Shown: positions 21,309 to 31,894, numbered from the stretch's first letter. The stretch is DNA of 64,000 nucleotides from an uncultured Acidobacteriota bacterium (GCA_963796275.1 CAWCKY010000002.1:96001-160000); one strand, 5' to 3'. Program-made: numbers and translations. The notes: generated by a model from the sequence alone, not told the origin.

Positions 21309-21368
21309 AAAACGAAGGATTTGTATGTTGCTGAATCAAAGAGTAATCTGAAGATAATGAGGCGAATG

Positions 21369-21427
21369 TGTCGGAGTGTCGCCTGAGTCCGACATGTGTC
21401 GGGACGGAATTGTCATCCGCCCCGACA
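21369..21427. promoter_or_regulatory. Two tandem palindromes (TGTCGG...CCGACA), candidate enhancer sites
   Basis: TGTCGGA-N12-TCCGACA (21369-21394) and TGTCGGG-N17-CCCGACA (21397-21427), 60-120 bp upstream of the -24 element. Confidence 0.5.
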
Positions 21428-21453
21428 GTGTTAGTTCACTTGAATCACATATA

Positions 21454-21516
21454 TATACACGGATGCTGCGAATAGATGCAGATTTTGTCCGCGAATATCC
21501 GCCGCATCCGTGTATA
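21454..21516. repeat. 13-bp perfect inverted repeat (REP-like or terminator-like)
   Basis: TATACACGGATGC...GCATCCGTGTATA, just after the activator stop codon. Confidence 0.75.
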
Positions 21517-21545
21517 CACATGATTCATCATCATACCGAGTATAC

Positions 21546-23090
21546 TCAGAACGTATGTGGTCGTGGGCGAGTAATGCCAAGCTTAGACATTCTGGTGTGG
21601 AGAGTCGTGCGGTTCAAGCCGAGACGCGCCGCGGCGCCTGTCGGCCCCCCGATCACCCAGTTCGATTCGTACAACGCGTCGAGGATACGTTCACGCTCCA
21701 GAGATTCACGCGTCGATGCACTAGTCTGATCGGCTGCTGCTTTCGCCGCCATCGCCAACTGAGAGCGCGGGTTTTCGGTGGTATGACTACGAGCGAGCAT
21801 CACCGCCTGCTCGATCAGATTTTGCAGTTCCCGGATGAGAAGGCCCTCTCGTTCCCTGGTTTCATGCGTCGATCCGTAGGCCTGGTGGGCCGCTATTCTT
21901 GCCGACTCCTTCAACTCGGCGAACGGGATTTCAAGGACAGCGCCGCGCGTGAGAATGACGGCTCGCTCGATCAGATTTTGCAGTTCTCGGATGTTGCCCA
22001 GCCAGGAATAACTACACAGCAACGCCATCGCCTCTTCAGGAATCGTCTCTATTCGTTTATTCATGCGCTGCGCATACTTATCCACGTAATGCTGCGCCAA
22101 AAGCGGAATGTCCTCCGCGCGCTCCCGTAGTGGTGGGACCCGTATCGGGAAAACGTTTAGCCGAAAATAGAGATCCTCGCGAAATGCTTTCTCTCCCACC
22201 ATCTGCGCCAAGTCCCGATTCGTGGCTGCCACCAGACGTACATCGACGTGAATAGTTCGCGTGCTTCCCAATTGTTCAAATTCCTGCTCCTGCAACACAC
22301 GCAGCAGTTTAGGCTGGATATCCAACGGAATATCGCCTACTTCGTCGAGAAAGATCGTTCCACCATGCGCCAGACCGAAGCGCCCGATCTTCTGTGATAA
22401 CGCTCCGGTAAAAGCTCCCTTTTCATGACCGAACAGTTCACTTTCCAATAACCCCGAGGGAATCGCCGCGCAGTTGAGCTTGACGAATGGGCGATTGGAC
22501 CGGGAGCTCAGGTTGTGGATCGCTCGCGCAATGAGCTCCTTTCCCGTGCCGGTCTCTCCCAAAATCACCGCCGTCGAGTCCGTCGGCGCTACCAGCTCGA
22601 CCTGATGTAACACCGCTCTCAAAGCTGCGCTCGTCCCGACAATCTCTTCAAAGATATGCGGCGCAATGTTGTCCCGTTGCTGCCGCACTCTCTGATCCCA
22701 GGCGATCCCCTTTTGGATCGCCTCCAACAGATCCTCAACGTCAAACGGCTTCGTCAAAAACTCCAGTGCGCCTGCTTTGATCGCACGGACAGACATCGGA
22801 ATGCTGCCGTGACCTGTCAGAAAAATAATGGGGATCTGAACTCCCGCCTTGGCCAGCTCTTGTTGCAGTTCAAGCCCGCTGAGCCCGGGGAGTTGCACAT
22901 CCAACACCAAACAGCTCGGCACATCCATATTGTTTGGGCTTTGGCTGTTTGGCCGCGAGCTGGCCAAAAACTCCTGCGCCGACGCAAAAGTCTCCACCCT
23001 CAGTCCCGCTGATCGAAGCAGATTTTCCAGGGCTTCGCGCATCGACGCATCATCATCCACAACATATACGAGAGGGCTCAACTTTCTCAT
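21546..23090 (-). CDS. Sigma-54-dependent activator (receiver + AAA+ + Fis HTH; FhlA-like AAA domain)
   Basis: VVDDD/LDV/KPF receiver; GETGTGKE, ESELFGHEKGAFTGA, FLDEVG; AAARLGLNRTTL; start at 23090 or 23159. Confidence 0.93.
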   Translation of the reverse strand: MRKLSPLVYVVDDDASMREALENLLRSAGLRVETFASAQEFLASSRPNSQSPNNMDVPSCLVLDVQLPGLSGLELQQELAKAGVQIPIIFLTGHGSIPMSVRAIKAGALEFLTKPFDVEDLLEAIQKGIAWDQRVRQQRDNIAPHIFEEIVGTSAALRAVLHQVELVAPTDSTAVILGETGTGKELIARAIHNLSSRSNRPFVKLNCAAIPSGLLESELFGHEKGAFTGALSQKIGRFGLAHGGTIFLDEVGDIPLDIQPKLLRVLQEQEFEQLGSTRTIHVDVRLVAATNRDLAQMVGEKAFREDLYFRLNVFPIRVPPLRERAEDIPLLAQHYVDKYAQRMNKRIETIPEEAMALLCSYSWLGNIRELQNLIERAVILTRGAVLEIPFAELKESARIAAHQAYGSTHETREREGLLIRELQNLIEQAVMLARSHTTENPRSQLAMAAKAAADQTSASTRESLERERILDALYESNWVIGGPTGAAARLGLNRTTLHTRMSKLGITRPRPHTF

Positions 23091-23231
23091 TGAGATACTT
23101 CCTCTGCCTGCAAATAGGCACCGACGAATGGGAAAACACGCTATCCCCTCTTCGCTCATATCCGAATGCCGTATGGGTCTCTATGTGTCGGTCGACCCCA
23201 TTTCGCAATTCCTATTATCTTTCATTTCTCC

Positions 23232-23603
23232 TCATTGCTTGTCTAGAGCCGTGTGGATCGCATTGAGTAAAGCCTCCTCACTGAAGGGCTTGAGTAAGTA
23301 ATCCACCGCCCCGTATTTCAAAGCTTGCAAGCGCGCCATCTCATCTTCATGTGAGGTGATAAAGATCACTGGGATTCCACTCTTACTGGCCAACAGTTGA
23401 CGCTGAAGCTCGAGCCCATTCATCCCCGGCATACGCACATCGAGGATCAGGCAGTCAGTATCCCGGATATGATCCGAATTCAAAAACTCTTCGGCCAAAG
23501 CAAATACCTGCACCCCATACCCAAGAGACCTGATAAACCCCTGAAGGGATTCACGGACGGAATCATCATCGTCAACCACTGAAATTAAATGCTTATTGGC
23601 CAT
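23232..23603 (-). CDS. Single-domain response regulator
   Basis: VVDDD, LDVRMPGMNG, FITS, KPF. Confidence 0.92.
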   Translation of the reverse strand: MANKHLISVVDDDDSVRESLQGFIRSLGYGVQVFALAEEFLNSDHIRDTDCLILDVRMPGMNGLELQRQLLASKSGIPVIFITSHEDEMARLQALKYGAVDYLLKPFSEEALLNAIHTALDKQ

Positions 23604-23661
23604 CCATACCTTTCTATGATGCACTAGCGCAAGATAACAGCATCTCAGACAAAACATCTAT

Positions 23662-23675
23662 TATACTTTGGTATA
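23662..23675. promoter_or_regulatory. Palindrome TATAC-N4-GTATA, candidate FixJ/NodW/TodT-type regulator box
   Basis: TATACTTTGGTATA about 60 bp upstream of the receiver gene. Confidence 0.45.
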
Positions 23676-23749
23676 GGTGGCCCAAAAGGATTAGTTCCGC
23701 TAAGGTTCCGCAAGAAACTGAAACAAACAGTGATCCACACCGACGAAAT

Positions 23750-23813
23750 TGGCAAAACACAGATGAAATAAGCAAAAAATGAAAAGATCGAGCAGGATTG
23801 ACTCAGGTAAGCT
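23750..23813 (+). promoter_or_regulatory. Shared operator-promoter copy 3 (sodC)
   Basis: tgGCAAAAcacAGatgaaataaGCAAAAaatgaaAAGAT, 19-bp gap, TAAGCT; extra half-site GCAAGAAAC at 23710. Confidence 0.8.
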
Positions 23814-23871
23814 CTGCTTTTAGCAGAGGCACAACCGTATAAAAGAATTTAATTCAAGGAGAAGGTCACTT

Positions 23872-24408
23872 ATGAAACATCAAGGTTTGATGATAATGAT
23901 CGCGATAACCATTGCAGCTTCTCTGTTGGCTAACGGACGCTCACAGAAGAAGGATATCAAGGTGGATATGAAGAACGCGAAGGGAGAGAGTGTTGGCACC
24001 GCTACTTTGTCCGAAGCAGATACCGGGATCAAGATCAACCTTGATCTCGAAAATCTCCCGCCCGGTGTACACGCCATCCACATTCATCAGGCAGCCAAGT
24101 GTGAGCCGCCGGATTTCACCTCTGCCGGGCCACATTTCAACCCGGAGAATAAGCACCACGGCCTGGAAAACCCGAATGGGCCTCACGCGGGAGACATGAA
24201 GAATATCACAGTCGGTAGTGACGGAACTGCGCACACGACCGTAGCCGACTCGATGGTCAATCTTGGAATGGATAGTCATTCGGTTTTCACTAATGGAGGA
24301 ACGTCACTCGTCATACACGCGGACGCGGATGATATGAAAACAGATCCGGCCGGGAATTCAGGCGCCCGCATCGCCTGCGGCCTGATTACAAAGAGCAGCT
24401 CACGATGA
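23872..24408 (+). CDS. sodC: Periplasmic Cu/Zn superoxide dismutase
   Basis: Signal peptide; [35 protein letters not shown]. Confidence 0.95.
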   Translation: MKHQGLMIMIAITIAASLLANGRSQKKDIKVDMKNAKGESVGTATLSEADTGIKINLDLENLPPGVHAIHIHQAAKCEPPDFTSAGPHFNPENKHHGLENPNGPHAGDMKNITVGSDGTAHTTVADSMVNLGMDSHSVFTNGGTSLVIHADADDMKTDPAGNSGARIACGLITKSSSR

Positions 24409-24412
24409 ATGG

Positions 24413-25069
24413 TTAACAGTCTGTATCGGAAATGTTCGATCCTGTTGTAAGCCTCCTGTTGACGGCCGCGATCAGATCACCGATGGTCGAGACACAAATT
24501 TCATCGCCCAACAAAGTGTTAAGCATCGCGTGATAAAGTGGGCGCGTCGGCCAATCTTTGCCGAAGTAGCGTTTGACGAAGGCAGCGCGCTCGCTGTCGA
24601 CCGTGTCCAAAAGTTGAATCGCTTCTGCTTGATCTTTCACGCGTGCAGTCAGCCGCCGAACCTTTTCAGACCTCGGAGCATATAGAAAGACGCTGAAAGT
24701 GTCCGGCCGGCATCGCAGGAACCACGGCGCGCCACGGCCGACGATCACACAGTTCCCTTCTTCCGCAGCCTTCTCGATCACCTCTTGAACCAGAAGGACC
24801 ATTCGGTCCGCATCGAAGGCTTTATCTTCGGCAAAGTGCAGGGCCTTTTCGGAGGTGCCGCGCCAAAAGACTCTTCCCAACCGATAAAGGAGCGGATCGA
24901 GCCGTTCGTCACATCGCTGAACATCTGACGCCTCAACTCGCGCAAGCCTGGCAATCTCTGAGGTGAGTTGTCGGTCAAACAATTTCCAGCCGAGACGATC
25001 GGCAAGCATTTCGGCAATTACGCCGCCTCCACAACCGTATTCACGTTCTATAGCTATGATCTTAATCAC
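24413..25069 (-). CDS. Cytidylate-kinase-like family protein
   Basis: IIAIEREYGCGG, VIVGRGA, D.ERAAF..RYF; GTG 25069 after AGAGGT. Confidence 0.85.
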   Translation of the reverse strand: MIKIIAIEREYGCGGGVIAEMLADRLGWKLFDRQLTSEIARLARVEASDVQRCDERLDPLLYRLGRVFWRGTSEKALHFAEDKAFDADRMVLLVQEVIEKAAEEGNCVIVGRGAPWFLRCRPDTFSVFLYAPRSEKVRRLTARVKDQAEAIQLLDTVDSERAAFVKRYFGKDWPTRPLYHAMLNTLLGDEICVSTIGDLIAAVNRRLTTGSNISDTDC

Positions 25070-25089
25070 GGCAGACCTCTTCTGAAAAT

Positions 25090-25165
25090 AGATAGGATTT
25101 ACGAGTTTTTCAGGATTTATGGGATCGAAGTAAATTCTGAAAAAGCCGGTAAACCTGTCTAAATT
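25090..25165. repeat. Degenerate palindromic element (AGGATTTAC...GTAAACCTG type)
   Basis: AGGATTTA occurs twice, followed by partially complementary GTAAAT/GTAAACCTG units. Confidence 0.45.
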
Positions 25166-25167
25166 TT

Positions 25168-26769
25168 TCAGTGAACAGCTACCCCGCCTGTCGATCTCAC
25201 TTTCTTGAACAGGACGGCTAAGAGGGCGGATATCACGCAAATCAGCGCGAACAAACGAAAGTTGTCTACGTAAGACCAAAGCGACGCCTGCCTGAGCAGC
25301 GTATTGTAGAGCACACCATAAGCGCGCTGGTCAGATCCGACCTCCTGTCCGAGCGATTGCAACTGTTGCTGAAAGACCGGATCGAAGGGCGTCATATGCG
25401 ACCGCATCAGCGCCTGATGAGTCTGCGCACCGCGATCCAGGAGCGTAGTGACCAGCGAGATGCCGATGCTCCCTCCGAGATTCCGCATGAGGTTGTAGAT
25501 TCCGGTGGCATTGCCGATTTGATCATTGCTCAGCTTGCCCATTGTCACAGTCGTCAGGGGAACGAAGATCAAACCAAACGACACACCAATCAATATGTTC
25601 GGCCAGAGAATGAAACCCTGCGAAACGTCCAGAGTCACGCCGCTCAAGACAAAGCTGGCGTAAGCGAAAAGTAAGAACCCGGCCGCGATCAACAGCCTGT
25701 TGTCCATCCGGCTGACCAGAATGCCGACAATGGGCATAGTGAGCAGCGCCCCAATCCCCCGTGGGCTGACGGTCAATCCGCTCTGAAGCGCCGGGTATCC
25801 CATGAGCGTTTGCAAAAAGAGCGGCAGCATTACGATCGACCCGTACAATGTAATACCGACGATCAAGATCAGCCCCGAACCGACGGCAAAATTGCGATTC
25901 TTGAAAACGCGGAGGTCGACGATCGGCTCTTTCGCGGTCAGTTGGCGGATGATGAAGGCGATAAAAGCGATAGTTGAAATTACGGCGAACCAGCGAATCC
26001 ACATAGCGCCGAACCAATCATCCTCCTGCCCTTTGTCGAGAATGATCTGGAGCGTCGCTATCCAGAGGGCCAGTAACCCGAATCCGATTATGTCGATACG
26101 ACCGGCCTTCGCCTGTTTGATATAGGGCGGATCTTCGACAAAGGTCTGCAGCATAAAAATGGCAAGTATGCCGATCGGGATGTTGATGTAAAAGACCCAT
26201 CGCCACGAGTAATTGTCGGTGATCCACCCGCCAAGTGTCGGTCCGATGATCGGAGCGACAACTACGCCTAATCCGAAGATCGCCATGGCGATGCCTCTTT
26301 TTTGGGGCGGAAAACTTTCGAGCAGAATCGCCTGCGAGAACGGCTGCAACGCACCGCCGCCGATTCCCTGCAATACGCGTGTGATAATCAGAAACTCCAG
26401 GCTTGTCGCCGCGCCGCAGAGAAATGACGAGACGGTGAAGAGTATGATGCAGGCGATCAGGAATCGCTTGCGACCGAAGAATTTCCCCAGCCACCCGCTG
26501 GCCGGCAGCACAATGGCGTTTGAAACCAGATAGCTCGTCAATACCCACGTCGCCTCGCTGTTGCTCGCTGCGAGACTGCCGGCGATGTAGGGCACGGAGA
26601 CATTGACAATCGTCGTATCGAGCACCTCCATGAAAGTCGCCAGCATGACTGATATGGTGATCAACCATACACTCGCCTTCGGGCGCCACTCAGTCGCGGA
26701 TTGGGAATTATCAGCTATCGATTGGTGATCGTTGCCCTCCGTTTGATGATCTGTGTCTTCATGCTTCAT
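25168..26769 (-). CDS. DHA2 (EmrB/QacA) MFS efflux permease
   Basis: FMEVLDTTIVNV, WVLTSYL, APIIGPTLGG, WRWVFYINIP, RNLGGSIG. Confidence 0.95.
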   Translation of the reverse strand: MKHEDTDHQTEGNDHQSIADNSQSATEWRPKASVWLITISVMLATFMEVLDTTIVNVSVPYIAGSLAASNSEATWVLTSYLVSNAIVLPASGWLGKFFGRKRFLIACIILFTVSSFLCGAATSLEFLIITRVLQGIGGGALQPFSQAILLESFPPQKRGIAMAIFGLGVVVAPIIGPTLGGWITDNYSWRWVFYINIPIGILAIFMLQTFVEDPPYIKQAKAGRIDIIGFGLLALWIATLQIILDKGQEDDWFGAMWIRWFAVISTIAFIAFIIRQLTAKEPIVDLRVFKNRNFAVGSGLILIVGITLYGSIVMLPLFLQTLMGYPALQSGLTVSPRGIGALLTMPIVGILVSRMDNRLLIAAGFLLFAYASFVLSGVTLDVSQGFILWPNILIGVSFGLIFVPLTTVTMGKLSNDQIGNATGIYNLMRNLGGSIGISLVTTLLDRGAQTHQALMRSHMTPFDPVFQQQLQSLGQEVGSDQRAYGVLYNTLLRQASLWSYVDNFRLFALICVISALLAVLFKKVRSTGGVAVH

Positions 26770-26800
26770 TCAGCTCACCTTCGCAATCCGCAATCAGCAA

Positions 26801-28223
26801 TCACTTGACCTTCACCTCCGGCTCAACCGACATTCCCGGACCAAGCGCGTATCTCGCATCTGGAGGATCGTCAAAGATGATCTTGACCGGCACACGCTGG
26901 ACGACTTTGATGTAGTTGCCCGTCGCGTTCTCCGGCGGCAGCAGGCTGAAGACCGCACCGCTGCCTCGCTGAATGCTGTCGACGCGAGCTCTGAACAATT
27001 GGCCCGGATAGGCGTCGACGGTGACATTCACCGGCTGTCCCGGTTTCATATAAGTCAATTGGGTCTCTTTGAAGTTGGCCGTCACCCACAAATTGTCGGG
27101 CACTATCGAAAAGAGGGCGTCACCCGCTTGAAGATATTCGCCAAACTCGACTGTTCGTTTGGTAATGCGCCCCGGCTCTGGCGCATAGATTTTCGTATAA
27201 GACAGATCGAGCTCGGCTTGCCGAACCGCCGCCTTCGCCTGCTCGACATCCGCGCTTGCAACATCAACCTGAGATTTACTGGCGGCTAATCGATGCGGGC
27301 GAGAGTTGGCGTCTGCCAGTTGGCCTCGCGCTTCACCGACCTTCGCCTGCGATTCGTTCACCTCTGATTCGGCCTGGCGGAGACTTTCGGCGGCCGACTG
27401 CTCCCCGGCTTGTGCGTCAGCCACCTGCGACCTGGCCGCGGCAACCCGCTTGCGTGCGGCCTCTAGTTGAGCATTCGCGGCTCGCGCCGTCGCCACAACG
27501 CTATCGAGTTGTTGGCGTGATACTTCATCCTTTTGATAGAGCAGTTGATAACGTGGGACATCGGTGTTTGTCCTGATCGCCTCAGCTTCCGCCGCAGCAA
27601 CCTGCGCGAGCGCCTGTTCGGCATTGGCCTCTGCCGTCTTGACCTGCATCTGAGATTGAACGAGCCGGGCACGGGCCGCCTCCATCTGCGCCTTTGTCGT
27701 CTGCACGTTCGACCTCGCCTGATCGACACCTGCCGATGCCTGGATCACGGAGGCTCCTGAAGTCACGTCGGTCAAATCGACGTTGATCCGCGCGGCTCCG
27801 TGTCGCGCAATGGCCGATTGCAGATTGGCGCGCGCTTGCGCCAGCCGTATCTCGTAATCGCGAGGATCAATCTCGAGCAGTAGATCGCCGGCATTAACGT
27901 GCTGGTTGTCGGTAATCAGAAGCTTGACCACATAACCCGACACCTTCGGGCTGATCTGAATGATGTGACCGTCAATAAAAGCGTCATCGGTCGATTCGTG
28001 CGAGATGGCGTGGAGGTAGTAATGCACGCCGAAGATAAGCCCGATGATCAGTAAGAGACCGGCGAGATAGATAAACAGCGGTCGTTTGTAGAGAGGTTTT
28101 CTTCTTCTTGGCTTCGTGCAAATCCTCCTCGGAGACCGCAATCGATTGCTTGCTAGTTTGATCGACCTTGCCCGTATTCTCCTGATTGCTCGTATCCTCT
28201 TCGTTCACTGAATCATTTTCCAT
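26801..28223 (-). CDS. EmrA/HlyD membrane fusion protein; apparent frameshift near 28110-28140
   Basis: STDDAFI, ANFKETQL, FSLLPPENATGNYIKVVQRVPV; the natural-looking start MENDS (28223) is out of frame with the body. Confidence 0.85.
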
Positions 28224-28268
28224 AGTCTCGTCTTCAAAAGCTCGCATACAGATTTGCCTCTTCGCGTT

Positions 28269-29678
28269 TCAGAAGCGAAAAGACTGGGCGCGGCCCAATG
28301 CGGCAGCCAGATTGACCCGTGCGGTGTTATAGACAGCGACCGCAGCGACGCGCCCGTTTCGCCCGTTCTCAAGAGATGTCTGTGCCTGGACGACCTCGAT
28401 GTTGTCGGCAACGCCGGCCAAAAAGCGATCACGCGCCATGCGCAATTCGCGTTCAGCCAGATTGAGCGTCACTTCTGCAGCGCGCACCTGCTCAACTGCC
28501 GATGCCAGGGTGACGAGCGCGAGACGCACGTCCTCTTCGACCTGCCACTCCATGTCGCGCAATTGCAGCTCGGCTTGACACTCCTGGCTCCTGGCCACCT
28601 CGATACGCCCACGCGTATAGCCGCCATTGAAGATAGGAATCTTGACTTGCAATGCCACGCTGCGAGTAGGGAGATTGAACTGAGATGGTGTAACGCCACT
28701 TGATCCGTAATCGGCGATGAAGCCCAGCGACGGATACTGCTCGGCCACTGCCGCTTTACCTTCCAGTCTGCGCTGCTTGAGCATTTGCGCGGCGATCTGC
28801 AATTCGTAGCGATTCTGCTTGGCGTAGGCTATGGCCACCTCAACGGTCGGCGCGTATCCGTCGGCAGATCGCATCGTGTCGCTCAAAACAAGCTTTCCTC
28901 CCAGCGGGAGGCCGGTCACCCGTTGCAAACGCAACCGCGCCTGTTCCGAACCAGTCTCAGCCTGTACGAGCGCAAGCTTATTCTGCGCCACGCTGGTAGC
29001 GGCGCGCGCGACATCAATACCTGTGGCAACTCCCGCGTCGCGTTGATCTCCGGCCTGCTTCAGTAGATCCTGTGCCAGACGTAGATTGGCTTGTGCCGCC
29101 TGTAATGCCTCGCCGCTGCGTAAGGACTCGACATAAGCGAGAATCGCTGCTGTGGCGACCTGCTCGCGCGACAGATTCTCCTGAAGCCCGGCAATCCCCT
29201 CCGCGACCTGAGCGCTTTGAAACGCGCGCAGACTGCTGAGGTCGAAGAGCGTCTGCGACAGTCTGAGGCGCGCATCGAATGTCTTGTAAGGTCCGAGAAA
29301 AGCCGGGATAGTAGGAATCTGGAGGCCCTCAGCGAAAAGGTTCTCAGTGTTGTTAGATTGAGATACCGCGGATACCAGATTCGGCAACAACGACGAGAGA
29401 CTCTCTCGCTTCGACCCATGCGCCTCGCGCCGGCGCTCACGTGCGAGCGATGTGGTAAGGTTATTCTCGATGGCAATCTGGATCGCCTTCTCCAGACTGA
29501 GGTCGATCGCGGCTGTATTCGAAATTGCCCCGTTGCTTCCCTGCTGAGCAGCTACAATCGGCTCTAGCGACAAAAGACAGGTGACTACCATCGATATGAG
29601 TTGCAGAATCCATTCCTTCAGCTTGGCAACACTTATATCTCTCGCAATCCATACCATAGAATTCATCTCATTCAGCAA
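28269..29678 (-). CDS. TolC family outer membrane efflux protein
   Basis: LSLEKAI..A..NN, two OEP-like repeats, PIFNGG, RF.AG; start uncertain. Confidence 0.9.
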   Translation of the reverse strand: MLNEMNSMVWIARDISVAKLKEWILQLISMVVTCLLSLEPIVAAQQGSNGAISNTAAIDLSLEKAIQIAIENNLTTSLARERRREAHGSKRESLSSLLPNLVSAVSQSNNTENLFAEGLQIPTIPAFLGPYKTFDARLRLSQTLFDLSSLRAFQSAQVAEGIAGLQENLSREQVATAAILAYVESLRSGEALQAAQANLRLAQDLLKQAGDQRDAGVATGIDVARAATSVAQNKLALVQAETGSEQARLRLQRVTGLPLGGKLVLSDTMRSADGYAPTVEVAIAYAKQNRYELQIAAQMLKQRRLEGKAAVAEQYPSLGFIADYGSSGVTPSQFNLPTRSVALQVKIPIFNGGYTRGRIEVARSQECQAELQLRDMEWQVEEDVRLALVTLASAVEQVRAAEVTLNLAERELRMARDRFLAGVADNIEVVQAQTSLENGRNGRVAAVAVYNTARVNLAAALGRAQSFRF

Positions 29679-29715
29679 CCACGCTACACAATTATCCTTA
29701 GATGACCAGAAATCT

Positions 29716-29778
29716 ATCCTACCTGGCTGCTGACGCGAGGTCTTGCGCGATTTTGCGGGAAGTGTCTATCTTTTGCGG
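29716..29778 (-). promoter_or_regulatory. Shared operator-promoter copy 4 (tolC-emrAB-like operon)
   Basis: ccGCAAAAgatAGacacttcccGCAAAAtcgcgcAAGAC, 18-bp gap, TAGGAT. Confidence 0.8.
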
Positions 29779-29812
29779 CAGTTCTCTTCCGCTTAAGTGG
29801 TAGATTACAAAT

Positions 29813-30274
29813 ATGCTTGAGTTGCAGAACCTCAAAGAGCAAACTATCATTCTAGCGATCTTTGTCGAAGGACTGAACGTCGTCGGGATGCTCAAGAATG
29901 GCAACTTGGCCAAGCATATAGCGGATGCGGCGTTCGCCGAGATATTCCGGGAGCTTGAATACAAGGCGCGCTGGTATGGGAGAAGCTACATTGAACTGGA
30001 TCGGTTCTTCCCATCGTCCAAGTTATGTTCTAGCTGTGGCCATCTGCTGAAAGACCTAGCTCTGTCGATTCGAGAGTGGGATTGCCCGCAGTGCGGGGTG
30101 CATCACGACCGGGACGAAAACGCCGCGATCAATATATTGCGAGCGGGGCAATACCTGCGAAAACTACCGGGTGGGATGCCCGGAAAGTAACGCCTACGAG
30201 AGATGAGCGACGGCGCTCAGCGTAGGAATCCCCCACTATACCGCGCTTTAGCGGTTGGTGGAGGAGAAAGTCAA
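29813..30274 (+). mobile_element. tnpB: 5'-truncated IS200/IS605-family relic: C-terminal tnpB (to 30190) plus right end
   Basis: VEGLNV (RuvC-II), LEYKA, PSSKLCSSCG, WDCPQCG..HDRDENAAINI; AGGAATCCCC, subterminal hairpin and TCAA end. Confidence 0.88.
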
Positions 30275-30325
30275 GCTGTGCTGCTCATAATGCCAATGCA
30301 ATGGAATTCGGCATAAAGTCCTGGG

Positions 30326-31894
30326 ATGCTTGGTATGTCCAAGTCTGATACATCGGTGCAGGGTGCGTTATCTGCGGGTTTGAGATACGGTCTGGCAGTT
30401 TCAAGCGTTGCAGTAGCGGTGATCATCACATATCTAATGCATTCCGATGTGCTTATCTCACCGCTCTTCTTACTGGCCATCTTGTTGAGCGCATGGTTTG
30501 GCGGCTTCGGGCCGGGCATAGTTGCCGCATCGTTGGCGACTCTAGCTATCAATTATTTCTTCCTGCACCAGATGCACACCTTGCGGATTGACCTCGCCGA
30601 CGTTCCTAAAATTATCGTCTTCTATGCCTCAGCTCTGCTCGTCAGTTCGTGGAGCGCCGCGAAAGGCCGCACGGAGACACTGCTCCGGCGAACGCGCGAT
30701 GAATTGGAGGCCAGAGTTCAAGAGCGAACAGCGGACCTCAGGCAAAGCAACGAACAGTTACGGGTCGAGGTCGCCGAGCGCCAGCGGACAGAAAAAGTGC
30801 TGCGCGAGCAGGCCAACCTCCTCGACCTCACGCACGACACGGTCTTCGTCCGCGACATTAACGATGTCATCACCTACTGGAATCGGGGCGCCGAGGAGCT
30901 CTACGGATGGAAAAGGGAGGAGGCGATCGGCCAGATCACTCACCGGCTTCTACAATCGATCTTCCCCGCACAGATCGAAGAGATCACGACGGAGTTGTTC
31001 CGCAGTGGGCGATGGGCGGGAGAGATCGTTCACACAAGGCGAGATGGGACGCAGATCACTGTGGCGAGCCGGTGGTCTCTGCAGCGGGACGAGGAGGGGC
31101 AGCCGATCGCGATGCTCGAGACCAATAATGACATTACCGAACGCAGGCAGGTTGAGGAGGGATTGCGCAAAGCGCAGGCCGAACTGGCACACATCACGCG
31201 CGTGATGACGATGGGCGAGCTGGCATCCTCGATTGCTCATGAAATTAACCAGCCGCTCGCTGCAGTCGTCACCAACGGCAACGCCTGTCTGCGATGGCTG
31301 GCGAACGAGCCGGCCAATCTCGATGAGGGGCGTGAATGCATCAGGCGAATCATCCGGGATGGGAATCGGGCGAGCGAAGTCATCGCGCGGATTCGGGCCC
31401 TGGCGAAGAAATCTTCGCCGGACAAAGCACCGCTGAATCTCAACGAAACCATCCAGGAAGTTCTCGCCCTGACCAACAACGAAGCGCGCAGGAACAGGGT
31501 TTTGCTACAGACCGATCTGGCCGCCGGCCTGCCGCCCGTGCAAGGCGACAGGGTGCAGTTGCAGCAAGTGATCATCAATCTGGTGATGAACGGGATCGAA
31601 GCCATGAAGGGGGTCACCAACCAGCCGCGAGAGTTACTCATCAAATCCAATCGATACGAATCGGACAAAGTGTTCGTCGCCGTGCAGGATACCGGCATCG
31701 GGCTTGACGCTCAGAATCTGGATCGGATATTCAATGCCTTCTATACGACCAAGGCGGAGGGAATGGGTATGGGGCTCTCGATCAGCCGCTCGATCATCGA
31801 AGCTCACGGCGGGAGGTTATGGGCGAGACCTAACGAGGGTTTGGGCGCGATTTTTCAATTCACCCTGCCAACCGATGGGAATCATCATGACTGA
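30326..31894 (+). CDS. Membrane PAS/PAC sensor histidine kinase (NodV/FixL-like)
   Basis: Four TM segments (DUF4118-like), PAS (YWNRGAE..YGW, NDITER), IAHEINQPL, DTGIG, GMGMGLSI. Confidence 0.95.
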   Translation: MLGMSKSDTSVQGALSAGLRYGLAVSSVAVAVIITYLMHSDVLISPLFLLAILLSAWFGGFGPGIVAASLATLAINYFFLHQMHTLRIDLADVPKIIVFYASALLVSSWSAAKGRTETLLRRTRDELEARVQERTADLRQSNEQLRVEVAERQRTEKVLREQANLLDLTHDTVFVRDINDVITYWNRGAEELYGWKREEAIGQITHRLLQSIFPAQIEEITTELFRSGRWAGEIVHTRRDGTQITVASRWSLQRDEEGQPIAMLETNNDITERRQVEEGLRKAQAELAHITRVMTMGELASSIAHEINQPLAAVVTNGNACLRWLANEPANLDEGRECIRRIIRDGNRASEVIARIRALAKKSSPDKAPLNLNETIQEVLALTNNEARRNRVLLQTDLAAGLPPVQGDRVQLQQVIINLVMNGIEAMKGVTNQPRELLIKSNRYESDKVFVAVQDTGIGLDAQNLDRIFNAFYTTKAEGMGMGLSISRSIIEAHGGRLWARPNEGLGAIFQFTLPTDGNHHD

